From: Iphione sp. A-MEVVRFRX5
Taxonomy: Eukaryota
DNA: 64,000 nt
Assembly: GCA_976226885.1 (NCBI GenBank)
Contig: OZ320313.1
Span: 13,888,001 to 13,952,000, forward strand
Direction of reading: 5' to 3'
Shown: positions 40,799-53,976 of the stretch, piece after piece
Layout: each line of letters begins with the position of its first letter
Numbering within the stretch: the first letter of the stretch is position 1
The notes under the pieces: generated by a model
Told to the model about the DNA's origin: nothing
The model's input: the letters and a program-made list of their open reading frames with translations, nothing else
Database searches by the model: none
Made by a program: the position numbers and the translations under genes

Positions 40799-43595
40799 TG
40801 GCGTCTTCTGAACATCATGTCCTCTATAATTTGGATATATCTGGCCTGGCACTCCCCCAGCCTGGCTTCGCTTCGCAGGGTATATTTGTCGGGCATATCG
40901 GTCGGTGCCTAGTATGTTAGTAGTTTCAGATATAACGCCAGTTTTGGGAGGCAATCTAGACGCATTTAAATTGTTCGCATACCATCTCAGTAGCATTCAC
41001 GTATCCTTTGCAAATTTTTGATAATGTATGAATATACCTTACAACTCTTTACAGTAGTAGACATGTCTAATCCAGTGTTTGTTCAGTTTCGAAGAGACTA
41101 CAAATTGTCCAAATCTGTGTTTCTGTTCTTGTTTAAAACAAAAGATATTCCAATCGAAGTAACTTTTGGGGTGGAAAAACTGATTTAGCCTATAGACGAA
41201 TGCAGTAGAGACAATCAAACGACTCAACGTAGGACTAGCTAAGTTAAGTCTTACCAATGGATTGATCTCATTTGAATGTTTGTAATAAGTAAATGAATGT
41301 GCATTTGCATCTCGAATATTGAAAATCTTGATTTTTTTTATTTAGATCTGGCAGCAACTGCAGTATAGTGGCCTACCTCTGTTATATTGAATTAATGGCG
41401 TTGTCTAGTCAAGAGATGATAAACACTGAGAAAAGCACTTTAAAATTGAGCATAAGTCCAATATGATAATTTGATTGAACTTAAGCCAATTTTATGAAAT
41501 AATGCTAACCCTATATATAACCTAACCCTAAACCCTAACCTTAAATCATGTCATGTACGCCATCTTGGATTGGGGGGTAGGCAATTGAACTGCATTCTTA
41601 CCAAGGTTTGGCTTCCTTTGCGGGTTAATCTGTCAGCTGGTTTGAATGCCATATTCTGGTAATGTCTGTGATGGTCCTCTGGGGCCGCCGACATTTCGAG
41701 GTAATAATCTGTATCTATGTACCTCTTGGGAGCAATACAAACTGGCCAGGCACACGTGTATGAGAAGTTATTGGCTGTTTATTAATGCTACCATTATAAC
41801 CTTCATAACAAGAGGGTCAAGAGTTGCAATAACGAAGTCTCATAGTATATTTCCTGATTCCAGTCACGTGCCAATCTACATATATATTGAATGTAGAGTC
41901 GGTTTCTGAATCGTGACATGGATATATATTAAAATATTTCTGGCGTTGGTGCTCATTTATGCTCGTGCCCGGTTGTCAAGGTTGTAAAATGTATTATTTT
42001 TACTCCCCACTTCCAAGATGGGACGGCCTTGCTCACCGCTGTAAACGAGAGGGCCCCCATGAAACAAATATGATTCCAGCGAGCGAATCGTGCAGGGGAT
42101 GGAACAAAACAGAATACAATTTAGAGAAAGAATCACTTCGTACGCCATCGTTATCTCCCCAAGGGGTATCCTGTAACAAGAGGAATGGGTCCAACTCATT
42201 GAATTCTGCAGACTCTAATGCTTGGAATGGACACGTGAGATGGGCCACGGTAACTTTCCATATCGTGCACTTTAAATGGAGCGGGAGCATAAGAAGCAAG
42301 CCGTTGGAACCAGCCAGTAGTAGCGCCCCAAGAGAAGTGACAGGAAAGATAAACTGATCGTCTGGTGAAATAATGTTACCATGCGTACCATTGAGTTCCT
42401 ATCTAGTTGGCACTTTTTTGTGTGTTGGATAATGCCATTGCTTCCTAGAAATCTTCGTAGGGACGTCTTTTGTGCGGCGAGTAGAAACAGAACTTGGCGT
42501 TTTGTCTCTGTCCCTACGGCGTTAACGGAGCAGCTCATGCAATGCTTGAACACAATGGCGAGCAGAACGGACAGTGTGTATACCTAATCTTACAGTATCC
42601 CTCTCTCTCCATCTGTATCATGAAAAAAATGCCCTTATGGGACGATGTTCAATAGTAGTAAATTCTTTTGCAATTTGGAATCTTGAATATCTCTCTCAAT
42701 TTTCCTTTCAACACCCTGTCATGCACTTACGCCCTAACACGAGCCTAGGTAGTGATTATCCATTCTGTCAGAACATCAGTTTAAAATGTTTAACGGAAGG
42801 ATGTGGAGTATTATTTATTAATTGAAACTTTCAGTAACTTTAGCAAATCATGCCAGTACCATTTGCGCAAGTCTATTAAAGAAGGATTTAAAACTGCATC
42901 AATTTAAGTAATTCATGTGATATATTAGGCAGACTCTGGAACGAGCCTTTTTCAGAGACAGAGCTTCGGGTAAAGACAGACATATAATATTAGGGAGTCC
43001 ATTACGGATAACAGAAAATGTGGAATGGCCGTCGAACTGAGCTAATGTCGCAGATACGTTCTGCTGTCCAGAGCGCTCATAATGAGAGTCATTTTTTCAG
43101 TGATGAACACACCTTTAATTCTGTATGGCGAACGTACGTCCCTCGGGGACCAATTTTACTGCGGCAGAATTCAGCAATGCTATCTTCATGCATGCCGTCT
43201 CGTAAGAATGGATAACCTAAATGAAGGGAGACGTGAAAACTTATATCACCTTCAGCCGTAAGAATAAGAACATGCGAGTCCAGCGCCAACTGGCACGCGC
43301 GACAGGCATATTCCAGAGGAAAAGGCATTGTAAGAGCAAGCAATGACATGCAAATGTATGTTTTTTAAAAACTCAATTTAAGATCAAAACGACCTGAAAA
43401 GGTTAGATCTTTATCCTAACCGCACGCTGGCCTAAAGCGTAATGACAGTGTGAATTGACAAGGACCTTATGCTGTCCGCCAAAGAGGTGCCTGGGCATAT
43501 GGCACCAGGTGTCTCTTGCGTATGACAGGTACTCGTCAGGGACAGTAAATCTACCCCGCGAGGCATATTGGCGTCCGATTTGTTTGGTACTTGAC

Positions 43596-43606
43596 GGGGG
43601 GAGAGA

Positions 43607-43670
<64 letters not shown>

Positions 43671-43719
43671 AAGGAGAAAGAGAGAAGAGACAGAAGGAAT
43701 AGAGCGAAAGAGGGGGACA

Positions 43720-43779
<60 letters not shown>

Positions 43780-43790
43780 AGGGTGAGAGA
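43596..43790. repeat. compound (GA)n microsatellite / polypurine tract
   Basis: two long GA runs separated by purine-rich sequence; source of the ERERER and LSLSLS ORFs. Confidence 0.97.
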
Positions 43791-45483
43791 GGATCAGGTT
43801 GTTGTCAACAAGCGGGGTAGACTTTCCTAGAAGAAGCCGACAGGGTATAGGTGCTGAGGAGTCTCTTGTCGACTCTCTGGCGCCAAATCTCTGCTCAGGT
43901 GGCGTCCAATGAGGCTAACTGGGCCACAAAGACCGGAACCCACTCTCCGGAGGCTCCAACGCGCCCTGGCGATGTGCGTGCGTGTCTACACGTACTGTCA
44001 CCAGCTCCCAGGCGGTCTTTAGTACCAAGTACTGTCTGCCTTAACGATGGTACATGGGCCCACCTTCCACTTCCTACGACCCCTCCACCTGCGTCGGTGA
44101 GTGCGCTGCAAACGAGAGAAGTCAAATGAAATAAAAGCTACCGCCCAGTGACAGGCAAATATCGAAACCGTATTTCCCGATCGCGTATTTCCCTCCCTGC
44201 CTCCTTCCCTCCCTCCCTCTCTCCTTCCCTCCCTCCCCTCGCTCCCTCCCTACAGTGGCGAAAAAGTCAAGCCTCACAGCCTCACGTGAATAACAATCAA
44301 GCTAGGGACCGCCTTCCCCATGTATGCCGTTCGGTGGATTGAACAGCTATAAAACTGGTAGAAATACAAACAGACGTTTCTCCTAGGCAGTGCACATAAC
44401 AGTTTCCCGCTTCAATTTGAATACGTCTCATATCTGACATACCGCTCACAATGCAGCACATCTCGTAGGAAATCTGGCTAAGTAAAGCTCGAGATAATCC
44501 ATCAGTTTTCTTTTTCAATCCAGCGATTTATAGTTGGAAGGTATGGATGCTGGTTGGCCGCGTAGTGGCTGCCTATATGGTACTAGACCTCATACACGAT
44601 TGGATTTCTAAAGACGACCCATGAGATTTCCGTATATAAAGTCTATACAGTGAAATTCCAGTGACATGAATGGTAGTGATTAGAGGGAATAGTGCACGGA
44701 GCTCTCTGAAATAAAATGGTGTGCTCCCATGACGCTGGGATGAACATTAGCCTGTTTCCTTCAACGCCCCGACCTGTATGACATCGGCGAGCAGATAGAA
44801 CTCCTCTTAAGAGGAAAAGCGGCACAGAGGAAGCTGATCTAAACCTATTCAGTTATACCACTTCGTAAAGAAGACCCTTTTTCTGGAAAAAAAACGTACC
44901 ATTCAAGTAGCAATTTTCAAGGTTTTAAGCTTGATATTTATTAATCACTCATATATTCTTATTGGGTAATGAGTGTGAATAGTTCCCTTCCTTTTTATCT
45001 CATTTATTAACAAAATAGACTTTTGACAAAATCCTTATGAACAAGCAAATTAGGTGACTGAATTATTGCTAAACTGGAATCAGTAGGCTCACATTAGTCC
45101 AATTTTAAAAGACCCATGAAGTTCCATAAGGAGTTAATATATGGACCCCCCGTTTTCCCGACTCTACTGACAACTTGATGGCTTATTTCTATGACTTCAT
45201 TATTTCCACGACATTACACACGCTGCATGCGTAGAAAGAAAACTGGTGTTGCTTCCCTTATAAGGAAAAGTCAGCTCCCAGAGCTACCATACGCAAAATG
45301 GGTTGCATGGCTTGTCATTTCTCATCATAAGAAAAAGGGTACCACAAATTGCAGGCACGTAACTAGACCTCCCGAACGGTACAGGTGGAACTTTTCTCTG
45401 TTCATGGCGAACACATTAGTCACGACAATGAATATTTTCAAGAGTGGTGTTAATACTATTGAATTAAACGCTGTTCTGTTTTA

Positions 45484-45816
45484 GGCCTGAAAAAATCTTT
45501 TTTTTTCGGTAACCATGTTGAAAAAATAGAGAGTTGGTAGGAAGGTTTATGAATATTGTTTTCAGTGTCAATACATATTGCAAGTAAGAAAGGTAAATAT
45601 ATAATTATGACAGTTATCACTTATACTGCTGAGGTTTTCATGACACGTATATCAAATGAAAACTAGTAATCTAATAAACGCAGTAGTGTTTTGACTGGGT
45701 ATCGATCTTTATTCGTTACAATGATATTTACATAACAAAAAATATAAACAGTTCCATTTGGATTAAAATCAGGGTCAGTCAGGTTACTGGAAACACAGAT
45801 AAGTATTCACTCGGCC
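45484..45816. mobile_element. PIF/Harbinger-type MITE, family B
   Basis: TTA|ggcc ... ggcc|TTA; imperfect TIR (ggcctgaaaaaatct...ggtaacc versus ggttactggaaacacagat...ggcc). Confidence 0.75.
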
Positions 45817-45919
45817 TTACTGCCTTGGGTAGAATATGAAACATGAAGCTTGCAAATCATTCAACTTTCTTACAACAGTTCTTGTTCCATGCATCTAGAT
45901 GGAACTCAAAGTATGCTTA

Positions 45920-46272
45920 GGCAAAAAAAAGGTGTGTTTCTGGTAATGACCACTGAAAAACCTAGGCGGGAGGGGGGTATCTTTTTTTTTAAATTTTCTT
46001 TCCACTTTCTGCCTCTGGTTTTCAATAATGATAAAGATAATATGAAGAATTTGACCAATTTGTAGTTTTTTGCTGAATTTCTATTTTTTTGCTGAATTTC
46101 TATTTTTTATTTTTCTACTAAATTTACTAAAAACATGTGCTGTGAAAACACTTATCTAAGAAAAGTCAACCTTGGAAACTCTTTGGGACCAAAAAATTAT
46201 TAGGTAGGGTGAGGTTTTACTAGGTAGGAGCAGGTTACCAGACAAACACCTATTTTTTTTGGGGGGGGGGCC
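45920..46272 (+). mobile_element. PIF/Harbinger-type MITE, family A copy 2
   Basis: TTA|ggc ... gcc|TTA; TIR aggtgtgtttctggtaa versus ttaccagacaaacacct; homologous to 14835-15176. Confidence 0.88.
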
Positions 46273-47345
46273 TTACTGACTAACAAACCACGGAACCCAA
46301 CAAGCTACTAGACAGAATATTTCAAAAAGAGCGAGTTGTGAGGATAAGAAAACCCATGTGAAAAAGTGCAGTTTGGTCCATTTGGATGAAAAAGGAAAAA
46401 TTATATAAGGTGCTTCAATTCACTTTAAAATCTTAAAACCACTATTGAAAGAGAAATTCACTTAACTAAAATTTCGTTTAAAAGGGTCACTTCCGTTTAA
46501 ACTTGTCAAGATCTTAGTGTACGTTTTTCAAAAATATTGAATTCCTTTAAAAGGATTTTCCATCGGAATTATGTTATGCTAATATTGGAAAACAATAAAA
46601 GAATGGAAACACTGTTCATTGATAGAAAAAGAGTGTACCGATTAGTCATAGCATACAATTGATGTAATTTCTAATATCCGTCGACAGATATGTATATATA
46701 ATGGTCTATATATTGCATCCATAGGTGAGTTTCCTTGTAAACTAAAATTGGGCCTCACTGCATTGATTTCGTCATTTGTATTGAAAAATGGAACGATTTC
46801 CATACGGTTTAAAAAAATCGGGTAGTCAGGTTTAGCTTGAGGTTTTAGTCTTCAAAAGAAGAAAGTTTTTTGAGTATTTTACTATTAAAGTCGGAAGTCA
46901 GCATATTTTACAAAAGGAAACTTGAGCCCAAAAAGGACAAACCCAGCTTAAACTTTGTAGGAACAAGTTCACAGTGGAATTCTTTGCCATAACATTCTAA
47001 ATTACGTTGGAAGCCGTGTAAAATTGTTGTGGCTTTTATTGCTCTCGTGGAGAATCCTTTAAAGCTAAAGTTCTACTGTCAGCTTACGAAAGAAGATAAG
47101 AGACTCACCCGGACATCTTGTATTTCAACACCTACGGATCAATCGGCAACGTATTACATTCGGATTTTCTGTTTTCTTTGACTTCGTCCAGGGAAATGGC
47201 CGACGTATCTTTTTACACCTCCCATGTTGCTTGATTATACCAGCGTAAGCTGCAGAAGGTTCAGGTGCATGCGGGGCGAGGGGATGGAAATGTGAGGGGC
47301 TGAAATGGGGGAGGCGGTACCCTTCTCAGACTAAGAACATGCGTT

Positions 47346-47394
47346 ACGCCCCCTTGTGGCGTCGAAGCGACTTAGAGCCACCTGGCGGTGGCAG
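47346..47394 (-). promoter_or_regulatory. pair of reverse-oriented CTCF-like motifs
   Basis: minus strand reads CCACAAGGGGGCGT (47346-47359) and CCGCCAGGTGGCTC (47376-47389) versus consensus CC(A/G)(C/G)(C/T)AG(A/G)(G/T)GGC(A/G)(C/G). Confidence 0.55.
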
Positions 47395-49530
47395 CAAATC
47401 ATAATTTATTGAAACCTGTCGTGACATGGTGCAAGTTGCGCTCGTCTTATCACAGGAGACTTGCTGGCGAGCGGTCAAACCTAGGCTCCTTATATTCCTG
47501 TTCCCAGCTGGCAACTAACCACGGCATCCACCTGTTAAAGCCCCCTCCCCCCAACCCCCCCCCGCCTTTCTCTCTTTCCCTCCATTGCACTTGCCTCATT
47601 CCCCTATTACTTCCATGTTATGGGACACGCCGCGGGCTTTTGGCATGAAACGCCTGTCACCTGCTTGGCGACCTAATTCATGTCGGGACGCTGCGAAACG
47701 TTATCGTCCCCGTGCATGTCGAGTGAAATATTTCTGTGTTTTACACAGGAGACCGTGCAGCTGTCAGACGTCTTTTAAGTATGCACATGTTGTCACCGGT
47801 CCGCCTAATACACAATGGCGACAAGGTCCCCAAAGAAATCTGCCGACATGACCAACCCAAGAACGAATCGGTGTGAATTTAATTTGGCAGAGTTACCGAA
47901 AATTTAACCAGTCAGGCAATACGCCAATGGGAAATTTCGATCAATATTCAACACAGTAAATAAAGGTAGAAATCTAAACGATGTAATATGTTCACTTTAC
48001 GCTTCGATCCATCACAAAGTGTTCGCTTCTTACAATATAGCCAGTTACGGAAATCACAGACGTGAGGATTTTACACCTCTTCTCAAAAGGACAAGCCTTG
48101 CTGCTAAATCCCCTGCTTTCAGGAATTACATCAGCACCATTTTCCTATACGCTATGTAGTGGACGCAGCTTTTAATTCCCAAACCTTAAATCACAAACAC
48201 ACACACATAAGACACGCTTTCCATTGTGCCTTTCCCAAAGAACAGAAGGTACACGTCGAACGGGAAAGTATAGTTCAGAGGAGTGATAAGAAGGCCGACC
48301 TCAGGGGCTGGGAGCCTGCAGGACTGTCAACGTCTAGAAGCATCTAATTTCTGTTCTCAGGAGGGGTACCGAGATGCCTTTGAAGACACTGAGTTCCGGA
48401 ATGTCAATGTCTGGCGCGTCTTGCAAAGAAAACCGATTTTAAACCTAGGCACTGAGGAAGGTGTCTATAAAAGAGGCTGTGTCTGCGATGAGGAAGATGA
48501 TGAAGAGGAGGGGAAGGAGGAAATGAGAGAATGTCCTAATATGTAACAAGAATACCTACCTAGCACGTCAGTCAGGGAGGGGCCTTCAAAGCCGACCGAG
48601 GGGTTGGGAGAGGGGGGGGGAGGGAAGGACCCAGGAAAGTCCCTCAGGGATTTCTTTGATACTCTCATGAATGTCCTCTGCTCTCCAATTACAGGCTTAT
48701 TTTACCAACGGGGGAACAACCAGGAACCACGGGGTCTCTGTCGCTGGGGGGGGGGGGGGGGCTCGGGGCCCGACTTTACTTGGGCCCTTGTGTGCTCTGC
48801 CAACAAGGCTTTCTCCCCTCTCCCCTTCCTACCCCCCCCCCCTCCCCTGGCCAAACCTCCCATGTCGACAGGATCCTCTCCTGTCGTCGCCATAATGTGA
48901 GCCTTAGGGGAGAAAAACGAAAAGGGAAGCTGCTGCCATCACAAGGCAGAGACGAGTCAATGTCTCTTTCTTCAGTCGGCCAGAGTAAGTGGGAAGACAC
49001 ATCAGCCCTCGGCCCCATAGACACAGCTTGCTAATAAGTACGAGCAGGTGGAAGCCGACCTTGTTACCGTGCGCACTATAGGCAGCTGATTAGTATGAAG
49101 GTAGTTTATGTGTGTGCTCGTGTTCGTGTGTCTAGATGACATTGTGTACAGGTATACGCTTTATTGTCGACACGGCGGGAATGGGTGTCCCTCCCCCTAT
49201 TTGGGTACGACGTCGTACATTTCTGTGAATAAGAACGAGGGCCGTTTGCGTGCAGGCCTTTGCGTCCTCCTGTTTGTGTTCGCCGGTGTGTGTGTGTGAG
49301 TGTGTGTGTGTGCAAGTGTATACGTCTATGTGTGTAAGGCTGTGTGATGGTTTACCCTTGTCTGTAGTACGACTGTGTGTGCACGTGCGTTCGTGTGGGC
49401 ATGTGTGTGTGTGCGTATGACGGTAGGTAATAGCAGGTAATAACCCGATGATGGGGGACACCGACGCCAGAACTGTTGACAGTGTACATTAGACCTGCCG
49501 TCATTAACACGGGCATCACAGCGCCATGTC

Positions 49531-50330
49531 ACATTCAGAGTCTCTATTATCTACCACAGTGTCTTGTTCAGAGTCTCCATTTCGTACCACAGTGTTACAT
49601 TCAAAGTTACCATTACCTATTACAGTGTTACATTCAGAATCTCCGTTACATACCACCTTGTAGCGTTAAAGTCTCCATTATCTACCACTGTGTCTTGTTC
49701 AGAGTCTCCATTTCCTACCACAGTGTTACATTCAAAGTTACCATTACCTATTACAGTGTTACATTCAGAATCTCAGTTACATACCACCTTGTAGCGTTAA
49801 AGTCTCTATTATCTACCACCGTGTCTTGTTCAGAGTCTCCATTTCCTAGCACAGTGTTACATTCAAAGTTACCATTACCTATTACAGTGTTACATTCAGA
49901 GTCTCCGTTACATACCACATTGTAGCATTAAAGTCTCCATTATCTACCACTGTGTCTTGTTCAGAGTCTCCATTTCCTAGCACAGTATTACATTCAAAGT
50001 CACCATTGCCTATTGCAGTGTTACAGTTAGAGTCTCCATTACGTACGACCTTGTAGCATTACAATTCTCCATTATCTATCACTGTGTCTTGTTCAGAATT
50101 TTCATTACCTACCACAGTGCTACATTCAAAGTCTCCACTACCTACTGCAGTGTTGTGTTCAATACCTCCATTACCTAACACAGTAAGCCTCCATTACCGA
50201 TCACATTGTTACATTCAGTCTCCATTACCTACCACAGTGTTACCTTCAAAGTCACCATTATCTAACACAGTATCACATTGAAGGCTGTCATTAACTACGA
50301 CATTGCCATGTTCATAGTCACTATTAGCTG
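49531..50330. repeat. higher-order tandem repeat: 131-bp unit of four ~33-bp monomers
   Basis: gtcttgttcaga at 49561, 49692, 49823, 49954 and 50086; monomers 33+33+33+32 bp; decays into loose monomers after ~50100. Confidence 0.95.
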
Positions 50331-52048
50331 GTTACCACTGTCAAAACAATATTAGCCGGGAACTATACAAAAAATATTTATTCATTGGATACCACCGCAC
50401 TGGCAAGACTGATGGGTGTTGTGAATACAGTCAGCATGATATCAATATGCACTTAAAAGAAATGCATTTTTGTTAGTATTTAGCATACAATGTATATAAA
50501 TATAAAAGTCATTGTAACATTCAGCTATTTCTGATGAACTGCAGAATGTGTGGTGATTAACAAGTTTTATTGTTGATCCTAGATATGCGATGTCACAGAT
50601 TGTGTATTATTTGTTCTGGTAATTTCATGTTATCCATGAATGACATTTCAGTTTTTCTTACTTTAAAACAAATAAGCAGGGAAGATAACCCATCATTGTG
50701 GCAGCGTACTTTTCACTTCCTCTGAGTTCTTAATTCAATGATGGCCCAAAGCAATATTTTTCCCATATGTTATAAATTTGAATTGCCCCCCGAGAAAATG
50801 TGATTAGACAAAAAAGTTGATCAGGCCTAAGGCTATTTAAAAAATCAACAAACAGTTCTGCAAGCCACTCTGTTTTTTTACTACAGAAACTCTTTTGCTT
50901 TTTATAAACTTGAGCAGTTTGTGCTGTGATCGGTAACACTGAGGCTCGTTTGTAATTCCATACAATATCTAAAACATATTTCTTTCGTAATTAAATATCT
51001 CTTAAGAGTTATTGTACGTGTGTATTTATTTATTGTACATTTTGTGATTTACTCTGTATGTGGATATATTTAGAACAGGCTTGATTGAACCCTAACTTTC
51101 GATTCAGCTTCTGACACCGGGTCCTCTGCACTGTAGATAAAATCTAAAGTGTCATTTGTCAACTGCACGATATAGACATTGAACCTCATGTGTAGGAAAA
51201 TCATGAGATGCACAAAAATGCAATTTATCATAAACTTGTCAAAGACAAAGCATTACATTAATACATAAGCTGTCCCCAACTCTATGCATTGAATGTATGC
51301 TACTCACAGTGGAAAATGATTCATGGTGTACATGTACTACATATAGACAATATCTCAATATCTAGAGCTCCATACTGTTAAACTTTGGGAGCTGACAGAA
51401 AGAGTTCCCTTATATTCAGGCCGATGCCAGCTTAAAGTAATGACAGAACACCTTCTCCAGGAGTCTTATTTGTAAACTACTTACAACGGGACATTGCTTC
51501 AAATTGAAGAATTTGCACTCCATACGTTTAACCAATATCAAACCTCCATTAGGCCACAATCGCAGAGTAAAGTGATGTCAAAGTATTAATTGTATGCAAT
51601 TTCTGTAGTTCACAAAAACAGGTCCTGCATATCGAGATTGGAGCCCGCTTTTTCCTAATAAAAAAACATGTTCTTTATTACACTACTTATATAAAAAGGC
51701 ATCGTCTCGGAAATCCGGTTTGGTTAAGTGAATTCTGGGAGAAAAAGGCAATTCAAAATGGCGGAATCGTGTCGATGCGATTTTTGCTCACTAAAATTGG
51801 AAGAAATTGGACCATTTAAGATCAAACCAAGATGGAATTAACTTAAATAAATCATAAATGCATCTTTCTGATATGGTTCCATTACATTTTGTATATAAAT
51901 TTCGATTCGACAACACTCTGTGTAACATTCCGAACTCCTCCTGGTACCCCTACCTTGATTTCTTGCGAACGTAAGGTATGGGAACCAGGACGATTGTTAT
52001 TCCCGCTTGGCTACTTACGCTTTTCGTGAATATAATCGGATTTTAGCA

Positions 52049-52236
52049 AAAACTCAGGTGATTTCCACCGAAATACCATCAAAACTCAGGTGAATTTGTC
52101 TAAAAGTCATCAAAACTTAGGCATAATGGTCTGAAAATCCAGAAAACTCAGGTGAATTCGTCGGAAAAGCGTCAAATCTAAGGTAATTTCGTCCGAAAAT
52201 CCGTATGAAAAATAAAAAATTGTGTGAAGCACACTG
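52049..52236. mobile_element. five ~31-bp repeats next to a CAGTG-type terminus; possible hAT-like right end
   Basis: aaaactcaggtgaatt-like starts at ~52049, 52081, 52112, 52143 and 52174, followed by gtgtgaagcacactg; the repeat is certain, the TE assignment is inferred. Confidence 0.45.
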
Positions 52237-53588
52237 GTCTGTATATATATATGTCTTACATGTTTACTACGTATTGAGACACAGGGGTCGTTTTTAATAC
52301 GTTTATTTGCTTCTGGAAGGCGGAAAGCTGTATAGACTTACAGATGCAGATCATTATTTTAATGTAAACTTCACGACAGTGGCTTACTAGTAGCATCGTC
52401 TAATACCGCCATGAGGTCTCAAAAACGATGTTCAGTCATACAGCCCAAGACCCAAATGTCGGAAGAATCCATCGGAATCGGAATTGGATTATGACTTAAC
52501 TTTAAAGGAACAACACAAGAGGAGTGTGAAGTTGTTGGCTTTTACACTACCACTGTCAATGTAATGATGCAGTTCTCTCAGGAAAAGGCTCAATGATTTT
52601 TTTTTTCTTAGGAAGATTTCCACTCAAATTATAGGATGGATTTCAATTAACTTTACAGAACCCATAGTCAGGTAGGATGATTTCTCGTTGTGATTAGGAT
52701 TCCTTTAGGCTTACTACTTGAAACTGTACGTAAACTTACATGAATAAGCGATATGGACTGAAGTGCCCATCTGAAGAAAGAATCTGTGGCAGGCTCAACA
52801 ACTATTTACTTTGCATTAATGGCACGCGTTAATACATTTTTTTTCAGGAAAACGTGGGCGATGGTTTGTGGGCCGTGGGGGTGGGGTTGGGGGAGGGGGG
52901 CTTGGAGGAAGCTGTAGTTGCTGAGGTGCTCAATTAATACTGAACAAACGGGAGACTCCTCGAGCGATTTATGCAAATTGACTTCTGGTATGGACCAGTT
53001 CGCAAGTTGAAACTTTTCTTAATATTTTGATTTAAATGCAAATGTTCCGGTACGGATGGGCGAAGAAAACGGGGAAAACGAATTCTTCCTCCGCGCCATT
53101 TCGTTTCGTGGTGAAATATCCCACATCCCAAACATAAAACCAGCCAGATGTCTGATGGTATTCTCAATGTTATTTACGAGTGAATCCAGATTTCATTGTG
53201 GATAATTTGAATTTGGAGAGTCACTCGAAAATGCTTACGGTAAGGTATTTAGCTTCAATCGAGATTTTCGGGCCGCTTTAAATACTATTCACAACAGCCT
53301 TTTGAACGACAAAATAGTTTCGGTTAGAAGTAATTTTGTTATGGCTTCTTTTCATGAATGCTCTCTTGACGCTCTCATCTTTAAGCGCATGTGGCGTACA
53401 TGCGTATTACAAGGTTTCCCGCACTGAACGTCTACAGTGCACGTCTTTCTAAACTCACTAGCTCCCGGGAATGACCTCTTTAGCAAGGAGTTGCTCATGA
53501 AGGAGCTGCTCATGAAATACCCCACTGCAAGATAGCTGTTCCCCCTTTTGAGAGCGCTGCGCCCATCAAATAGGGTCCGCAGGTACTC

Positions 53589-53613
53589 GCTGCTGCTGCT
53601 GCTGCTGCTGCTG
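53589..53613. repeat. (GCT/CAG)8 trinucleotide run
   Basis: gctgctgctgctgctgctgctgctg. Confidence 0.95.
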
Positions 53614-53976
53614 CACAGATAGGTGTTCTCTACCACAGTCCTGTGTGTATAAGGTGGGTAGAACCTTTACAACGATGGCGGCCATAGACTCTTCTACTAA
53701 AGATGAGAGCTTCAAGAAGCAGGAGGTGAATTGATGCAGGTCCTCCAATGCTTGAGGGACGGGGATGGGGATGGGGGGGGGGGTCGGGGAGAGGCTGGAC
53801 ATCGCCGGGTGGGGAGGAGGGTAGGAGAGGTGGGGGGGCGGGGCGGGTGGTGGGGGATAGAAAGAAGATGGGATCCAGTCAGGGCTAGCTCCCCTTCCCT
53901 TGACGGCGGCTGTCTTGCCGGAAAGTTAATTACAGGTCCCGTAAAGAGCACGAGACGCGGGCAAATCGCACCCCAT

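Noticed and set aside
41505-41545. Interstitial telomere-like CCCTAA units
   Set aside because: Only 3-4 degenerate units; more likely low-complexity or TE-internal sequence.
42033-42299. ELDPFLLL motif resembling pirin N-terminus
   Set aside because: The downstream HPHRG metal-binding motif is absent; short chance match.
43403-43830. ERERER / LSLSLS ORFs (also 37022-37456)
   Set aside because: Translations of (GA)n microsatellites.
47503-47516. CAGCTGGCAACT match to miR-216
   Set aside because: Only 12 nt, seed does not match and there is no hairpin.
1009-48478. Identical 14-mer CTATAAAAGAGGCT (TATA-like) at 1009 and 48465
   Set aside because: Several shared 14-mers are expected by chance in 64 kb, and the flanks are unrelated.
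49531-50280. Multiple CACAGTG heptamers suggesting RSS or ProtoRAG/Transib ends
   Set aside because: They are part of the satellite monomer; no nonamer at 12/23 spacing, no CACTATGATAC-type TIR and no RAG-like ORF.
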